Positions 61,198-62,064 of a stretch of DNA of 62,064 bases are shown here, piece by piece. The stretch spans positions 1-62,064 of the forward strand of contig CADCRE010000034.1 of NCBI GenBank assembly GCA_902803785.1, read 5' to 3'. Each line of letters opens with the position of its first letter. The stretch's first letter is position 1. The notes beneath the pieces were generated by a model. It did no database searches. It saw only the letters and a list, made by a program, of their open reading frames with translations, and had not been told where the DNA came from. A program made the position numbers and the translations under genes. Source of the stretch: an uncultured Erysipelotrichaceae bacterium (GTDB lineage: Bacteria > Bacillota_I > Bacilli_A > Erysipelotrichales > Erysipelotrichaceae).

Positions 61198-62064
61198 CAG
61201 ATGCGGTCTCCCGTCTCCCTGTCAAACAGGAAAACACCTTTCTTTCTGAAGTCCAGCAGGATCTTTTCGCCTTTTTCATAGGTATAGTCACTGGAGAGGT
61301 AGACTCTGATCTGCTGGTTCCCGACGTTCAGGAATGCGAGTTCTTCCTTGCCCATCGTGTATCTCTGATCGACGACAGCTTCCAGGTCATGGTCAGATCC
61401 TTCCTTGGAGAGGATGCATGACTCGGCACGGATGCCCATGATGACTTTCTGACCTTCTTTGACATTTGGATTATCGATACGGATACTTGCGGAATCATCT
61501 TCCAGAACGAATTTTCCGTCTTTGATGTAACCGTTGAGGTTGTTGATCGGAGGGTTGCCCAGGAAGTTGGCGACAAAGTGGTTGGCAGGATCGTCATAGA
61601 GTTCCTGCGGTGTATCTTCCTGCTGCATGTAGCCGTCCTTCATCAGAACGATCTTATCGGAGATGGACATTGCCTCTTCCTGGTCATGTGTGACGAAGAT
61701 GGTGGTGACGCCCGTCTCGAGCTGTATCCTTCTGATCTCTTCTCTCATTTCCAGACGCAGTCTGGCATCGAGGTTGGACAGAGGTTCATCCAGCAGGAGG
61801 AGCTTTGGTTCCTTGATCAGGGCTCTGGCGATGGCGACACGCTGCTGCTGACCGCCGGAAAGTTCCTTCGGCTTTCTGTCGAGCAGCTGATCGACATGGA
61901 CCAGTTCGGCCATCTCTTTGGCTTTCTTCTCTCTTTCCGCTTTCGGTATCTTCTTGATCTCAAGAGGGAAAGCGATGTTTTCCAGAACGGACATGTGCGG
62001 ATACAGCGCGTAGTTCTGGAAGACCAGACCGACACCGCGATCCTGCGGAGGCATGTTGGTGACA
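61197..62064 (-). CDS. ABC transporter ATP-binding protein (UgpC/MalK-like), 5'-truncated by the window end
   Basis: [15 protein letters not shown] signature, LLLDEPLSNLD Walker B, and a C-terminal TOBE-like regulatory domain. Walker A lies beyond the window. Confidence 0.85.
   Translation of the reverse strand, partial: VTNMPPQDRGVGLVFQNYALYPHMSVLENIAFPLEIKKIPKAEREKKAKEMAELVHVDQLLDRKPKELSGGQQQRVAIARALIKEPKLLLLDEPLSNLDARLRLEMREEIRRIQLETGVTTIFVTHDQEEAMSISDKIVLMKDGYMQQEDTPQELYDDPANHFVANFLGNPPINNLNGYIKDGKFVLEDDSASIRIDNPNVKEGQKVIMGIRAESCILSKEGSDHDLEAVVDQRYTMGKEELAFLNVGNQQIRVYLSSDYTYEKGEKILLDFRKKGVFLFDRETGDRI

Noticed and set aside
1-62064. Search for CRISPR arrays, tRNA or rRNA genes, IS elements, integrases, toxin-antitoxin pairs and known defence-system signatures.
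   Set aside because: I saw no regularly spaced direct repeats of 25-40 bp, no cloverleaf-like segment in the intergenic gaps, and no transposase, recombinase, nuclease-helicase or ATPase-type defence ORFs. The repeats found are short operator-like motifs and terminator stems. A tRNA or sRNA covariance scan would still be needed for certainty.

Overview
This is a 62-kb chromosomal segment with roughly 50% GC. It looks like a Firmicutes-type gut anaerobe, judged from lipobox lipoproteins, sigma-A style -35/-10 promoters and hairpin plus T-run terminators. All calls come from reading the ORF translations and the DNA by eye. No database search was run. I saw no rRNA, tRNA, CRISPR array, transposase, integrase or phage gene. 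The window is a mosaic of transport and catabolic operons. In order: ruvX; a lysine-riboswitch-like leader in front of a polar amino-acid ABC importer; and a DeoR-controlled cluster that mixes a mannose-family PTS (EIIA, fused EIIC-EIID, distal EIIB) with DhaK/DhaL, a class II ketose-bisphosphate aldolase, a degenerate alpha/beta-hydrolase-like protein and a small cupin. Next come pruA-rocD plus a 3-TM PQ-loop-like protein; a membrane-anchored hydrolase; a PaaI thioesterase; pepD; a GlgA with a C-terminal SCP2-like extension plus a GT4 glycosyltransferase; and a coupled Udp/TenA-like pair. A very large PAS/hybrid sensor kinase follows, split by one in-frame TAG. After it come a YjjG-like HAD, a TudS-like/DUF4139-like coupled pair, and an extended L-ascorbate-type (ula) supercluster. 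That supercluster has ulaG, ulaD, a second PTE-fold lactonase, two dehydrogenases, ulaABC, an unknown 343-aa propeller-like protein, ulaF, ulaE and a Cof phosphatase. The window ends with a phosphoglucomutase, a nucleoside salvage operon (nucleoside hydrolase, deoD, MATE, BMP-type ABC importer), an M20 amidohydrolase with lipoproteins, and a ugp-like transporter with a membrane-domain glycerophosphodiesterase (truncated at the window end). The best candidates for undescribed biology are the PTS(Man)+DhaKL+aldolase cluster, the extended ula cluster with its unknown embedded protein, the GlgA-SCP2 fusion, the PQ-loop-like protein in the ornithine operon, and the amber-split sensor kinase. No defence-system-like or mobile module was recognised.
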